Shown: piece by piece, positions 52,404 through 64,000 of the stretch | How the letters are laid out: each line of letters starts with the position of its first letter | Numbering within the stretch: the first letter of the stretch is position 1 | NCBI GenBank assembly: GCA_951406725.2 | Contig: OX597833.1 | Coordinates: 26,226,001-26,290,000 of the forward strand | Origin: Octopus vulgaris | Lineage: Eukaryota | Direction of reading: 5' to 3' | Length of the DNA stretch: 64,000 bases | Made by a program: the position numbers and the translations under genes | The notes under the pieces: generated by a model | The model's input: the letters and a program-made list of their open reading frames with translations, nothing else | Database searches by the model: none | What the model was told of the DNA's origin: nothing

Positions 52404-53076
52404 ATATTATTATTATCTTTTTTTTTTATTTTTGCAAAGCAGGAGGCTAGTAGAAGTGTTAGAACCCCAGCAAAACTTCCTGGAGCATATTCTTTCGGCT
52501 CTACAGTTTCTAAGTTCAGATCTTGCCAGTATCAAATTTACTATCTTTCTTTATCTCACTGCTGTGCAATGTCATAGGAAACTGCGTTAACTTGTTAGTG
52601 AAGCAAACTTCTCAAATTTCCTTCTATGTTTCCTCTCTAAAGGCAATCATATGTACATTCACTCACATAATTGTTTGCAGATATACATTAATCTCAAAAT
52701 TCTAACTGTGAAACATTCTTTTAACGAGCACCCGGATGCCTTCACACAAATGAAGAAAATCAGAGGCTAATCAGAGGCAGGAGCATTTACTGTCAGCGAA
52801 ATCACTCACTGACTGACAGTGAAATCATTGAAGCCAGTTCCAGTTATAGGATTTCCAGCCATTAGAAAAATGAAAAACGTGTTGATTTAGACGTGTTTAA
52901 TATATATATAAAACTTGATTGTCTGTCTTCATGTTAAAGATAGTATTTACGGAGGTGGTGATGAGGTGTGTGAGCATGCTGAAAAGGGAAACTATTGTGC
53001 AGACGTGTTGAGCTGAATGAAGGCAGTGTATGACCCGAGAGAGCAACAATGTAGATGTGTCTTGTCTACACACACG

Positions 53077-53114
<38 letters not shown>

Positions 53115-53412
53115 TGTGTATATATGTGTGATATATGTATACGTATACACTTCAGACACACACACATAATTATAGGAAGTATGCCGTTGTGTGTTTGTTT
53201 TTCACTTCCAAATGTTGTTCATAAAGAGAATGCTTGTGTAACGAGAACCTCTCCCTATCCTAGTGATTATGGATTCACATGGAATATTTTCTATGCACAA
53301 ATTCCAGAAGAAAAAATCGTCCCCAGAGAAAAATATATGGAATATCCATGTTTAGTATATGTGTAACATGCCTAATTATTGACCTTATTCACACACACAC
53401 GCTCACACACAG

Positions 53413-53445
<33 letters not shown>

Positions 53446-53541
53446 TGTATGTATTCATGTTTGTTTTTATGTTCAGTTATAATAAAAGCAATTTTGCATT
53501 AATCTGATAGGTTATTCCACGCTTTTGTAGAGTACAAATTT

Positions 53542-54270
53542 CGGATCTTTACCTTTTTTGACCGACAGATTTCAAAAATATTTTTTTGTAACTCAACACT
53601 TTGAAACTTCGGACACTGGTAGAATGTGTCATATAAAACATCTTTTACTCTTAGCGTTTTTGAGAAAAGCTTATATTAGGAAGTTATTTCACATTAAAGT
53701 TGTAATATTTCAGTAATTTCAACCAATCAATGACGTGTATTTAGCTGAATATAATTACTGCTGTCGTTTGTCAACAAGAACTGCCGGCGGTGAATATTTC
53801 GTTTGCCACTGTTATTTATGACAACCCTAACCCTAAAACCCTAACCCTCAAACCTTAACATTAACCCTAACCCTAAAACCCTAACCTTAAAGCCTTAACC
53901 CTAACTCTAAAATCCTAACCCTAACACCATAACCTCAGAACACTAACCCTAACCCTAAAACATTAAATCTAAGACCAGTACAAACGCACGAATGTTGTCA
54001 TAAATAACAGTGACAAACGAAAATTATACCGCCGATAGTTGTTGTTGACAAACAATGGCAGTAAGTTTATTCAGCTGAATACACGTCACTGATTGGTTGA
54101 AATTACCGAAATACTACAACTTTAACGTGAAATAACTTCCTAAATATAAGCTTATTTCAAAAACGGTAAGAGTAAAAGATGTGTTATATGACACATTCTA
54201 CGTGTCCGAAGTTTGAAAGTGTTCGATTACAAAAAATTTTGAAATCTGTCGGTCAAAAGGTAAACATCCC
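53542..54270. mobile_element. Fold-back non-autonomous DNA transposon with ~280-bp TIRs and telomere-like core, flanked by AAATTT
   Basis: Left TIR 53542-53825 (CGGATCTTTACC...TTTATGACAAC); right TIR 53994-54270 (GTTGTCATAAA...GGTAAACATCCC); AAATTT at 53536-53541 and 54271-54276. Confidence 0.9.
53824..53972 (-). repeat. Degenerate interstitial telomeric repeat (CCCTAA/CCCTAAAA)n
   Basis: ACCCTAACCCTAAAACCCTAACCCTCAAACCTTAACATTAACCCTAACCCTAAAACCC...; reads TTAGGG on the minus strand. Confidence 0.9.
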
Positions 54271-54339
54271 AAATTTTTAATTCTTACACAAGAATATTGT
54301 TGACAGGGACTTGGAAGTTTCGGCTAGTTAAGCCATCGT

Positions 54340-54404
<65 letters not shown>

Positions 54405-54427
54405 TTATTTATTTATATATATATATA

Positions 54428-54461
<34 letters not shown>

Positions 54462-54469
54462 CATATATT

Positions 54470-54554
<85 letters not shown>

Positions 54555-54567
54555 ATTTATATATATA

Positions 54568-54635
<68 letters not shown>

Positions 54636-55364
54636 ATTGTGTTCTAAAACTCATTTCCGTATTGCAAGTTTTCCATTGTGTTTGTAAATGCAAACATACT
54701 CCTGCATAGACATGTACACACGAACATGATTACATAAATACGTGTACATAGATCTGAATGTTTATTTGTATGTGTGAGTGTGTTCGCGTGCACATGTGTG
54801 TTAACCAAAACAACAAACAACCGAACACTGCCACCGGTGTCCGGCATTATTAACCGTAATAGTAATCTACATTAGACATTTTAGCAAATAAAAAAAAACA
54901 GAGTAATCATTTTGGCAGAAGATCCTAGCAATAACAACAGAAGCTGTAAGTGCAAATGTTTTTTTAACAGCACCAACTGCAGCTGCAGTGTCTATATCTG
55001 TTGCAACGGCATCAATTGTATGTGCGTCTTTTCTTTTTAAATTTGCAGGGACAATTATATCTGTTGTTGTACTAATACTACCAACAGTCACAACTGATAC
55101 CACCACCAGCACCATGAGCACAAATAGCTTTAACAGCATGTTCACAAGTGCTTCTACTATCACCAATGCAACCAACGATTTTGCAAGTAAAAACAACCCC
55201 ACCAGAATATCTACAAACTCAAACCTTTAATGACGTCTCAAATATAGACACGGGCTTCAGCATTTCACATGCATGCATTTTTATGTGGTTAAATACGTAG
55301 TTGTGTACATATGGGCACGTGAGTGTATGCAGCTTGAAGTATCATCAACATATCAGTACACCTG

Positions 55365-55552
55365 ACAGGTTCGTTTACACGCCGGGCATAATGCTTAGCA
55401 GCATTTTATCTGTATTCACATTCTAAGATCAAATTCTGCCAAGGTCGAATTTGCCTTTAGTTTTTTTCGGGGTCAATAAAATAAGTACCAGTCGAGCACT
55501 GGAGATCGATGTAATCAACTTACACCACCCTCAAAATTTTTGAAACCAATAT
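55365..55552 (+). mobile_element. SINE family S1
   Basis: CACGCCGGGCATAATGCTTAGC...GGTCGAATTTGCCTTT...GGGGTCAATAAAATAAGTACCAG. Confidence 0.7.
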
Positions 55553-56370
55553 TTCATGTGTGTATACTGTCCCCCCCTCCCCAATCCGAGAGACCATGCT
55601 TAATTTGTGTGGTTTCGGCACCTACGTTTGGGAATATATCACGTCATATCCATAAGTGTTTAAAGAAATGAGAAATAAATCATATTTTATTTCTCAATAT
55701 AAACAGTTTAATTATTGGTTCAATTTACATGGTGTGTGGAAAGGAGGCGAGCATGTGAAGATTATTTCCTTTTCCTTTCTTCTAATTATTATACGCAAGT
55801 GACTCAAACCGTTATATTGTTTATACTTTTAGTGCTTCATATTTCATATTTGTCCTATATCTAAAAACTGCCTGTTTCTGAATATTGTACGTCATCAGCA
55901 AAGAGTAATAGCACAACAAATTGTCAATTATTCATACATATTATATTCCTTTGTGTCTAGGGTATTTGTTTTGACAATGAATGCATTCCTTAACAGTAGT
56001 ATTTCCGTATCTTGCATACATGAGCAAATAGGAGTATTTTGTTAAATCGTTTACTTCATTTTATTCTTGCAAAATCATTCCCAAGGCACATATAGTTATA
56101 GGGATTGTCTTGTTTTCATTCTTCACGTACTTAACACCTGTTACATAATATCTGGGTAGTTTGATAAGGATAATATGACAATTACGAAAATGAATGTTAA
56201 CGAAAGAGAAAATGTTACTATTAAAAACAATATAAAATAATAACTACTAATTTATGCAATTCAGACGACGTTTTGTGGGAGAGAACAGACACAGTTTGTA
56301 TATGTATGCATGTATCGATATATATGTCTATATATATATATGTACGTATGTATTTCCATGTATATGTGTA

Positions 56371-56526
<156 letters not shown>

Positions 56527-56534
56527 AAGATAGA

Positions 56535-56703
56535 TCGGCACTATTCCTTTTTCTATTTTCTCTCCCTGTTTATTTCTATGTTCCTTTCTCTCGAAGAGCG
56601 AAGGCTCGAAACGTAAAAGACTTTCTCACTTCCCGAGCATTAAACTAATACATGTTTGTTGTTTACACACCCGTCTTCGTCCTTTGTTTCTTTTTGTAAA
56701 TTC

Positions 56704-56708
<5 letters not shown>
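56535..56708 (+). mobile_element. PLE/retrozyme-like family A copy 3, variant hammerhead 56584-56619
   Basis: CTTT CTCTCGA A GAGC gaag GCTC GAAAC GTA AAAG. Reverse homolog of 8908-9068. Lies between (GATA)n and (TA)n. Confidence 0.65.
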
Positions 56709-56764
<56 letters not shown>

Positions 56765-57060
56765 ATGTATATGTATATATATATATATGCATTATGTATG
56801 CATGCGCTCATGTATGTATTTACACGCACACACACTCACACACACGCACACACACACACACACACACATATATACATATATATACAAACTGTCATATATA
56901 AGAAATATTATGGCACGTAACGTTGTATCAGCTGTATCTATTGATAAGGGAAACTAATGACAAACATTTCTGTAATGTGTAGCGTAAACACACAGTAACA
57001 AACGTAAAAAAGAAAATGTTTCGTTTTTAATTTTTGCGATGGCATTAAATGAAGGATTAG

Positions 57061-57099
57061 CCTGACTGGTTTCGATACTAATCGATTCTCCTTCAGAGA
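57061..57099 (-). ncRNA. Degenerate hammerhead-like motif
   Basis: Minus strand TCT CTGAAG GA GA...TC GAAAC CA GTC AGG. Confidence 0.4.
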
Positions 57100-58204
57100 T
57101 CTTGTATTCACCCCACTTTTGTAATGTTTATCATGAGATAAGCATTAACATACATTTCAGAACATGAAGCAAATTACGTAGCGTATAGCAACGGAGGTTG
57201 TTTAATGCGTCATTAATTTATACAACCAGAAACGCCTACACACCAACATACACGGACGGTGTGTGTGATGCGAATACATCGCAATGAGCCTTTCTCCTCA
57301 CCAACATGAAGGACCTTTCATGAGGGTCCCATGGACTCTGCCACTCTTTCCTCATAATTATGCGTTTGTGTGTGTGTGTGTATGTGTTTATATATGTAAA
57401 ATATATATGTACACAAACACACCTGCACACATATATATACATATAGATATATATAAATATACACCTGCATGTACATATCTGTGTGTGTACGTGTTTGTGT
57501 TTATAGGCAAGTATGTATGCGTACATACAAGATGTTCAAAAACATATACACACAAACAAAATTGCTTCGATATCAACACCTCTTCTATACGTAGCACAAA
57601 CAACAACCAGCATAGAACAATAAATTCTACGACTATTCCATCAAGCAGACTAGCGTAACAGATGATGATTAAATGTTATTAGATAAATGAAGATGAGATG
57701 CACTATGTCCTATGTACTGTCTGCCTGATTTAATTGCCAGAAAGAGCCACCCACTCAAACTCACTCCGTGAGATACATCCGGGCACACACACAAATATAT
57801 GTTTATGCGAGTCAGTACACATAAACGCACACAAACTCATATTATACATACGCAAACAGCTACACGCAAACAGGGAAGCAGTTTCTTGCAAGTAAGCAAG
57901 ATGGAGGTTTGAATTCAATTAGATACACTTAGTTGCCACGCTGTTTCAAGTACAAGCTAGTATATCATGTTAATAGCTATCACCGTCCTGCACGGATATA
58001 TTTCCAACATAAAATAAAATGAACGTACTACTGCCCACCTCACACCTCTCTATCTCTGATATTATATAACCTTAATCATTTTATCGAGAGAGGTACCGAG
58101 AGAGGGAGGGAGAGTGAGAGAGGCAGAAGGAGAGAAAAGGGTAAGGAGTTACGCTAGCATCAGTACAATTCGACACAAACTGTGTGTTGTTGGTGTGGTC
58201 TTTT

Positions 58205-58330
58205 TGTTAGCGTGACCTTGTTGTTGGTGGAGCGTTGTTGGTGGTGTGGCGTCGTTGCTGGTGTGGCGTTGTTGTTGTTGGTGGTATGACGTTGTTATTG
58301 TTGGTGTGGCGTTGTTGTTGGTAGTGTTAT
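58205..58330 (+). repeat. Degenerate minisatellite (GGTGTGGCGTTGTTGTT, 17-21 bp units)
   Basis: About six visible imperfect units. Confidence 0.7.
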
Positions 58331-58534
58331 TGCTTTTGGTGCTGCCATGTTTAGCGTGCAGTCAAGCCATATTTACCGCTGCTTCGATGTTACATAGGTC
58401 TTTACATTTTACGCTAGGTTGATGTGCAAAATTGTAGTTCAGCCATTACTCTGTCAATGTACTTGCTATATAAAAGTATATATATATATATATATATATA
58501 TATAAGTATACCCGTTTAATAATTGCCAGGTATA

Positions 58535-58608
<74 letters not shown>

Positions 58609-58611
58609 GTG

Positions 58612-58660
<49 letters not shown>

Positions 58661-59511
58661 TTATCACGCTCTCTCTCTCTCTCTCTTTCTGTATATATGT
58701 ACGTGTGTGTGTTTGTGTGTATGCGTATATGACTTCAAACACATGCACAAAAGTCATTTAGACCGAATAGCCTGCCGTTAACATTGCTCAGAAGATGTTG
58801 AAGATGTTAACAATAGCCTTAGTGTGTTTACGACCTACTATTTCGTTAACAATAATAGTTTCATGATATATTCGTGATTCGAATATGTTACTTCTATTGC
58901 ATTAAACATATATGTGTATACACACACACACACATACACATAATCGGGCAAAAAGAAGAAACAGAACTCAGGCCATGTGTATATACAGGTTTTTATATTT
59001 AAATAACAGAAGTTACTCAGGGAGCAAGAGTTTCGGACATGACAATGATGTAAGTTACGGCCTTTGATAAATGACATGTACGGAACTTTTGACCTCTGAA
59101 TCACTTTTGCAACTTTCTGCTGGTCGAAAGTAAAGATAAAATTCTCTCTCTTCTTATAGGTTTAAGTAATTTTACGAATGAAATGGGACATAAAATTCTT
59201 CTATGTTGCACCTGTGTCGAATGTGTATTCACATGTCTCCATCATTGTGTTATGTATTTATTCCGTCCTTTTTCCGTAACATTTTATCCATGAAACTGTT
59301 CCGACATAGTTATCATGCACAGTTAATCTTTTGATACCACCAAGTGTTCGAAACCACGCTAAATATTTTGTTGACGTTATATCTCGCTGTCCTGTTTTGT
59401 AAATTTTGCGAGTTCTTGCCCGGCTTGGTATTTTTCGTACTTTGCCTTATAGAAGCTTAATCTTTTTTAAACTCAGCCACACGTACAAATATATATTCTT
59501 TTATACTGAAG

Positions 59512-59868
59512 GCAAAAAGGCCCGAAACTTTGGCGGAGGGGGCTAGTCATTTAGATCGATCCCAGTACGCAAATGGTACTTAATTTATCGAACCCGAAAG
59601 TGTGAAAAGCAAAGTTGACCTCGACGGAATATGAACTCAGAACATAAAGACAGACGAAATACTGCGAAGCATTTCGCCCGGCGTGCTAACGTTTCTACCA
59701 GCTCGCCGCCTTGCGCACAAATATATATTCTTTTCTATTCTGGGCACAGGGCCCGAAATCTGAGGGGAGGGGCCAGTCGATTACATCGACTCTAGTACGC
59801 AACTGGTACTTAATTTATTCACCCCGAAAGGATGAATGACAAAGTCGACTTCGGCGGAATTTGAATTC
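59512..59868 (-). mobile_element. Two tandem SINE S1 copies (full 59512-59711; 5'-truncated 59745-59868)
   Basis: Both contain AGTACGCAA(A/C)TGGTACTTAATTTAT...CCCGAAAG...AAAGT(T/C)GAC. Separated and flanked by ACAAATATATAT. Confidence 0.8.
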
Positions 59869-60669
59869 AATGCACAAATATATATCACAAGAGAAAAGTT
59901 CAATTTGAGTCACCTTTTCGACAACGTCAGCGATCTTTAGATCCGGACACAATATGGTAGATAAGTAAGGAAACTGTATTTTTAATAAATGTAGTCAGAA
60001 TAGAGATTAAAAAGACATTGTATTTACGATGGAAGAGTCAGGAAGAAAAAAGCAACGTGTTTGTGATATAGTTATTCAACTATATTGGTCATTGAATGAA
60101 GCTAAACAAAAACAGGTTGATAGTGATGACACCTCTGACCCCCAGAAGCCTTTCGTTTCTGGCCCATTTTAAGAGATACGAAAGTGGTAGAAGAAAAGGA
60201 GAAAAATATCTCCAGACTTAATTTATCATCTAGTCAGGAAGAAAAGTCATATTCAGTTTTAAAGGACATGCTTATCAACAGAAAGGAAAGTAATAAAACA
60301 TCCTGAGATTGGAAACCTGATACCAATTTCTATAATAGACAGGCTATCAGAGGCCAACTTGACATGACATGTTAAACCGGGTTAGGTTATCTATGTATTA
60401 CACTAATTTTTTTCATTTAATTTAATTTTTTTTACCATAGTAAACGAATTAATAGAAACAGGCCGATTAAGAGTAGTAAATGATGAAACTGTATATATAT
60501 ATTGCTAGATATTGTGGGGAGACTGGATTCGGGTATTCAGTAATAAAACAAAAAGCCTCTCTAATAATAAATAAATAAATAAATAAATAGATAAATAAAT
60601 GAATAAATAAATAAAACCTTCTATTGCTTAACAGACGGCCGGTTTTGTTTCAATAATTTCGCTATTTCA

Positions 60670-61790
60670 GGCGGCGAGCTGGCAGAAACGTTAGCACACC
60701 GGGCGAAATGCTTAGTGGATTTAGTAAATGGAAATTGAAAGAAACGCTTCATATCTATCTACCTATATATCTCTCTATCTCTTTCCCCCCTCTCTCTCTC
60801 CCCATATATATATGTGTGTGTGAGTGTGTGTGTATGTGTGTATGTATGTATTTATAAATGTATGTATGTATGTATACGGAGCAAATAATTCAGGTGAAAA
60901 TATTTGCGAAGACATTGACTCTATCATTGTCTAGTGTAACAACTAAAAATGGTAATAGCAAAATCAATAATATAGGAGACTGCGGTTTCAAAAAAGCATT
61001 AAATAGCTGAATTATTAAAATTAATCAAACGACATTCTAAGTATGTCTACCTGCCGGAAATAACTGACAAAATTCTTAGTTAAATCACCAAAATACTCTA
61101 CAGAAATCAAGTCAAGTATTTGGACTCACGTTGGCTGGTTTCTGGACCGGCATTATAGCCTTACCTTTCTAAGCACGCGTTACTATGATGGAAAGCCCAA
61201 AGCTGTTACGTTGAAGTCTGCGCTGCAGACTATATACCTATATACCCACGCGGACCATTTACATACTAGCTAACCACTTCAACATGAACGCATCATTCAA
61301 AATACTGCCTGGGCATACCTGGGATTATGCCTAAGTGCTTACACCTTCACGGAAGTACGGACCAACTGCCATACCTCTCTGGAAAAGGATGAACTGCGAA
61401 CTTCATTCTCCTGTCTGTATTCTTCTATCTACTCTTAATCTTTATTCTTCTATTTTATTCCTTATTATCTGTGAATTTCCCTGTCTCGAACTTTCATACA
61501 TACTCACCTTGTCTCTGATGGCGGAATACCTAGCATACAGACATGCTAGCCTATCACTTGGGATATTTCAGAAACAGCTGTAAGACATCAAATTCACTTT
61601 ACTCTAATTGGATTATTATTAATGACGTCCTGCATTGGTTTTTGTTGTCCTTTTCATATAAAAGGTAACTGTTAACATGGTAGCCTAATACGGATCCCTA
61701 GCTCCAGCTTATTCGTTTTGATCACCAGTGAATTAAATCCCTCAAATTCTTTATATATGTATTAACTATATATACATACATATATGTATG

Positions 61791-61859
<69 letters not shown>

Positions 61860-62072
61860 CTTTAGGTATGTGGTTGTCGCCCACTACTGCTTAAAAACGG
61901 TGTCCCTCAGTTTACGTCACTGTAACTCGTCGGTTCGGCAAAGTAGACTGTTAGAATAAGTACCAGAGTTGAAAATGAGTACTGGGGTCGATTCCTTCGA
62001 CTAAAATATTCTTCAAGCCGATGCTCCAGCGTGGCCACAGTCTAATGACTGAAACAAGTAAACAAAAATGTA
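60670..62072 (+). mobile_element. Chimeric S1-head/S2-body SINE interrupted by a ~0.9-kb hammerhead-containing insertion
   Basis: S1 head 60670-60716 is joined at AGTGGATTT to S2 sequence (GGAAATTGAAAGAAAC). Microsatellite, insertion ~60878-61765, then S2 tail 61860-62072. Confidence 0.6.
61510..61587 (+). ncRNA. Type I hammerhead ribozyme (PLE-type), one core substitution
   Basis: TGTCT CTGATGG CGGAATAC...CTAGCAT/ATGCTAG hairpin...GATATTTC A GAAAC AGCT GTA AGACA. Perfect 5-bp stem I TGTCT/AGACA; palindromic stem III; GUA triplet; A9 reads G. Confidence 0.72.
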
Positions 62073-63505
62073 AAAGGAGACTATGTTGTGAACTTTGAAA
62101 TGAGACGTAATATAGATACTGAAAGAAGAGGTGAGTGATTTTTCTGTAGCTGAGTAAATGGTTGTTAATTCAGAGCAGCCCCAAGAACGAATGAGATATA
62201 TGAAAGGGTGCGAGAAAGGGGAGAAAGGGGCAGGAGCGAAGCGGAAAACAAAGTCAAGAATACATGAAGATGAGATTATGGGAGTTGTTCTTTATACATT
62301 TAGCCGAATTCCAAACCAAATCTAACCGAGCAAACGTGTGATAAAAAGCTACAGTCACGGACATTCTACATTTCCGAGGAACTTGTCCAATGTGTCTTTC
62401 CTTTTCTTAAGATGGTAGGGTTCATTTGAAGGAGACAACTACAATTTCTAGGTGTTTGGGATATGTGTTGGATAAAGCGCGTGTCAGCAACAGTTCATAG
62501 GTTTTATAGTAAGTTCGAAAAGCATTTTGTGTTCAACCGAATGAATTAACCCCGTTTTCTTTTAAGCACTTATTAAGTACTTATTTTATCGATCACTTTT
62601 GCTGAATCTCTAGATTACGGTGATAAAGTAACTCTACTGGAAATCCGGACATCGATCCTGGTACCTCTCGCATGCAGCGTTCTACCATCTGCGCTAATTC
62701 CATATTTATATATATGTGTGTGTATGTGTGTGTGTGTGCATCTCTTTCTCTCTATACACACGCACATACATACATACATACATACATACATACATACATA
62801 CATACGTACGTACGTACGTACATACATACATACATACATACATACATACATACAGAATCAGACAAGCAGCCAGACAGATAAAGAATGAGCAGCAAAGCAA
62901 TTTGGTTGGTTATGAATATCAACAACAAGGCTTAACAAAAATATCTCAGAGGAGGAGCGCTCTGCACGCCAAATAAACATGCGCCAACGTTTCATATCTG
63001 TAATATAAGGAGTTGAAAAAAATTCGATTAACTGAGATTATCCATTCCAAAGCATTTCCTGGCCTTGAAATTTTATCATTGCCTTCGATCAATAATAGAT
63101 ATACGCAGATATTATTCATTGGTGGCTCAGCAAATTGGAACTCTCTAGTGACACAATACGAACTCTGCATTATTTTGATTACAATGTGCTTCAGAGCTGC
63201 AATACGACTTTCATTGTGTCATTGATAATGTAGTTCCGGAGCTAATAATGTTTTACTGATCTCATAACGTTATCTTTTGCATATTAATAATACTCGTTTA
63301 TAATGCTGTAGGTATTTGCATTGTTGTGCTCTTATTTTATTTAGAGTGGGGCGGGGAAGCAGAGAAAAACACATTTGCTGCGTTTTTGTCGAGCCATTTT
63401 GTTTTATTCTGACTATATTTTATGTCATGGTAATAGCGAATAAATAATTCATATGGGAATTGCTTTAGTATCACTGCGTATCTATATGTGGAGATGGTTA
63501 TACGT

Positions 63506-63603
<98 letters not shown>

Positions 63604-64000
63604 CTGTGTGTGTGTGTGTGCGTGTATATGGGTGTGTGTATGCGTGTGTATGTAGGAAGGCAGGTATATAAATATGTATACACATATATATATACACACA
63701 TATATGAATATATGTATATATATACATATAAACACACACACATATATATATATATACACTCATGTATACGTATGTATATGCATGGATAAGTATATATACT
63801 TACAGATAGTTATATGCAAAAACGCACGCATGTACACAAATATCTGTGCGTGAGAAATAATGAGAGAGGAGAGAGAGAGCGTCTGTATTGGTGTGTGGTG
63901 TGTAAGGATGCGGTAAAAAGATGGACAGTTTTAACGTATTTGTGATTACAGACCAATCACACCATTAGTGCACTGTCAGATGAGAAAAAAAAATGATTTT

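Noticed and set aside
53824-53972. True chromosome end or telomere fusion
   Set aside because: The repeats are short, degenerate, single-orientation and enclosed by TIRs of a transposon.
54867-55230. Overlapping 111-aa and 80-aa ORFs
   Set aside because: Low-complexity, derived from degenerate trinucleotide sequence, with no recognisable motif or splice support.
60878-61400. PLE endonuclease coding remnant upstream of the 61510 hammerhead
   Set aside because: Only a vague Y-GLT-like stretch is visible, and no convincing frame could be reconstructed by eye.

Overview
AT-rich eukaryotic, mostly non-coding DNA saturated with microsatellites ((TA)n, (CA)n, (CATA)n, (TAA)n, (GAT)n). The SINE families and repeat landscape look like an octopod cephalopod genome (inference from recall, not searched). 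Almost all ORFs in the six-frame track are microsatellite artefacts. The real content is mobile DNA: a 5'-truncated R4/Dong-type non-LTR retrotransposon sitting in a (TAA)n array (27894-29857), a decayed Tc1 element with ~215-bp IR/DR-type TIRs (22881-24407), non-autonomous Helitrons, mariner/piggyBac/hAT-type MITEs, CR1/RTE/HERO-like fragments and many tRNA-derived SINEs. Strongest hidden signals: (1) about 12 hammerhead-ribozyme-like motifs on both strands, in short Penelope-like/retrozyme-like units embedded in (TA)n, often within fold-back inverted repeats and next to GIY-YIG endonuclease remnants; one family has a non-canonical CUGUNGA core; (2) a 729-bp fold-back transposon with ~280-bp TIRs around a telomere-like (CCCTAA)n core, flanked on both sides by AAATTT; (3) apparent partitioning of microsatellite types among element families. 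One candidate host first coding exon lies on the minus strand (15956-16051). All alignments and folds were done by eye.
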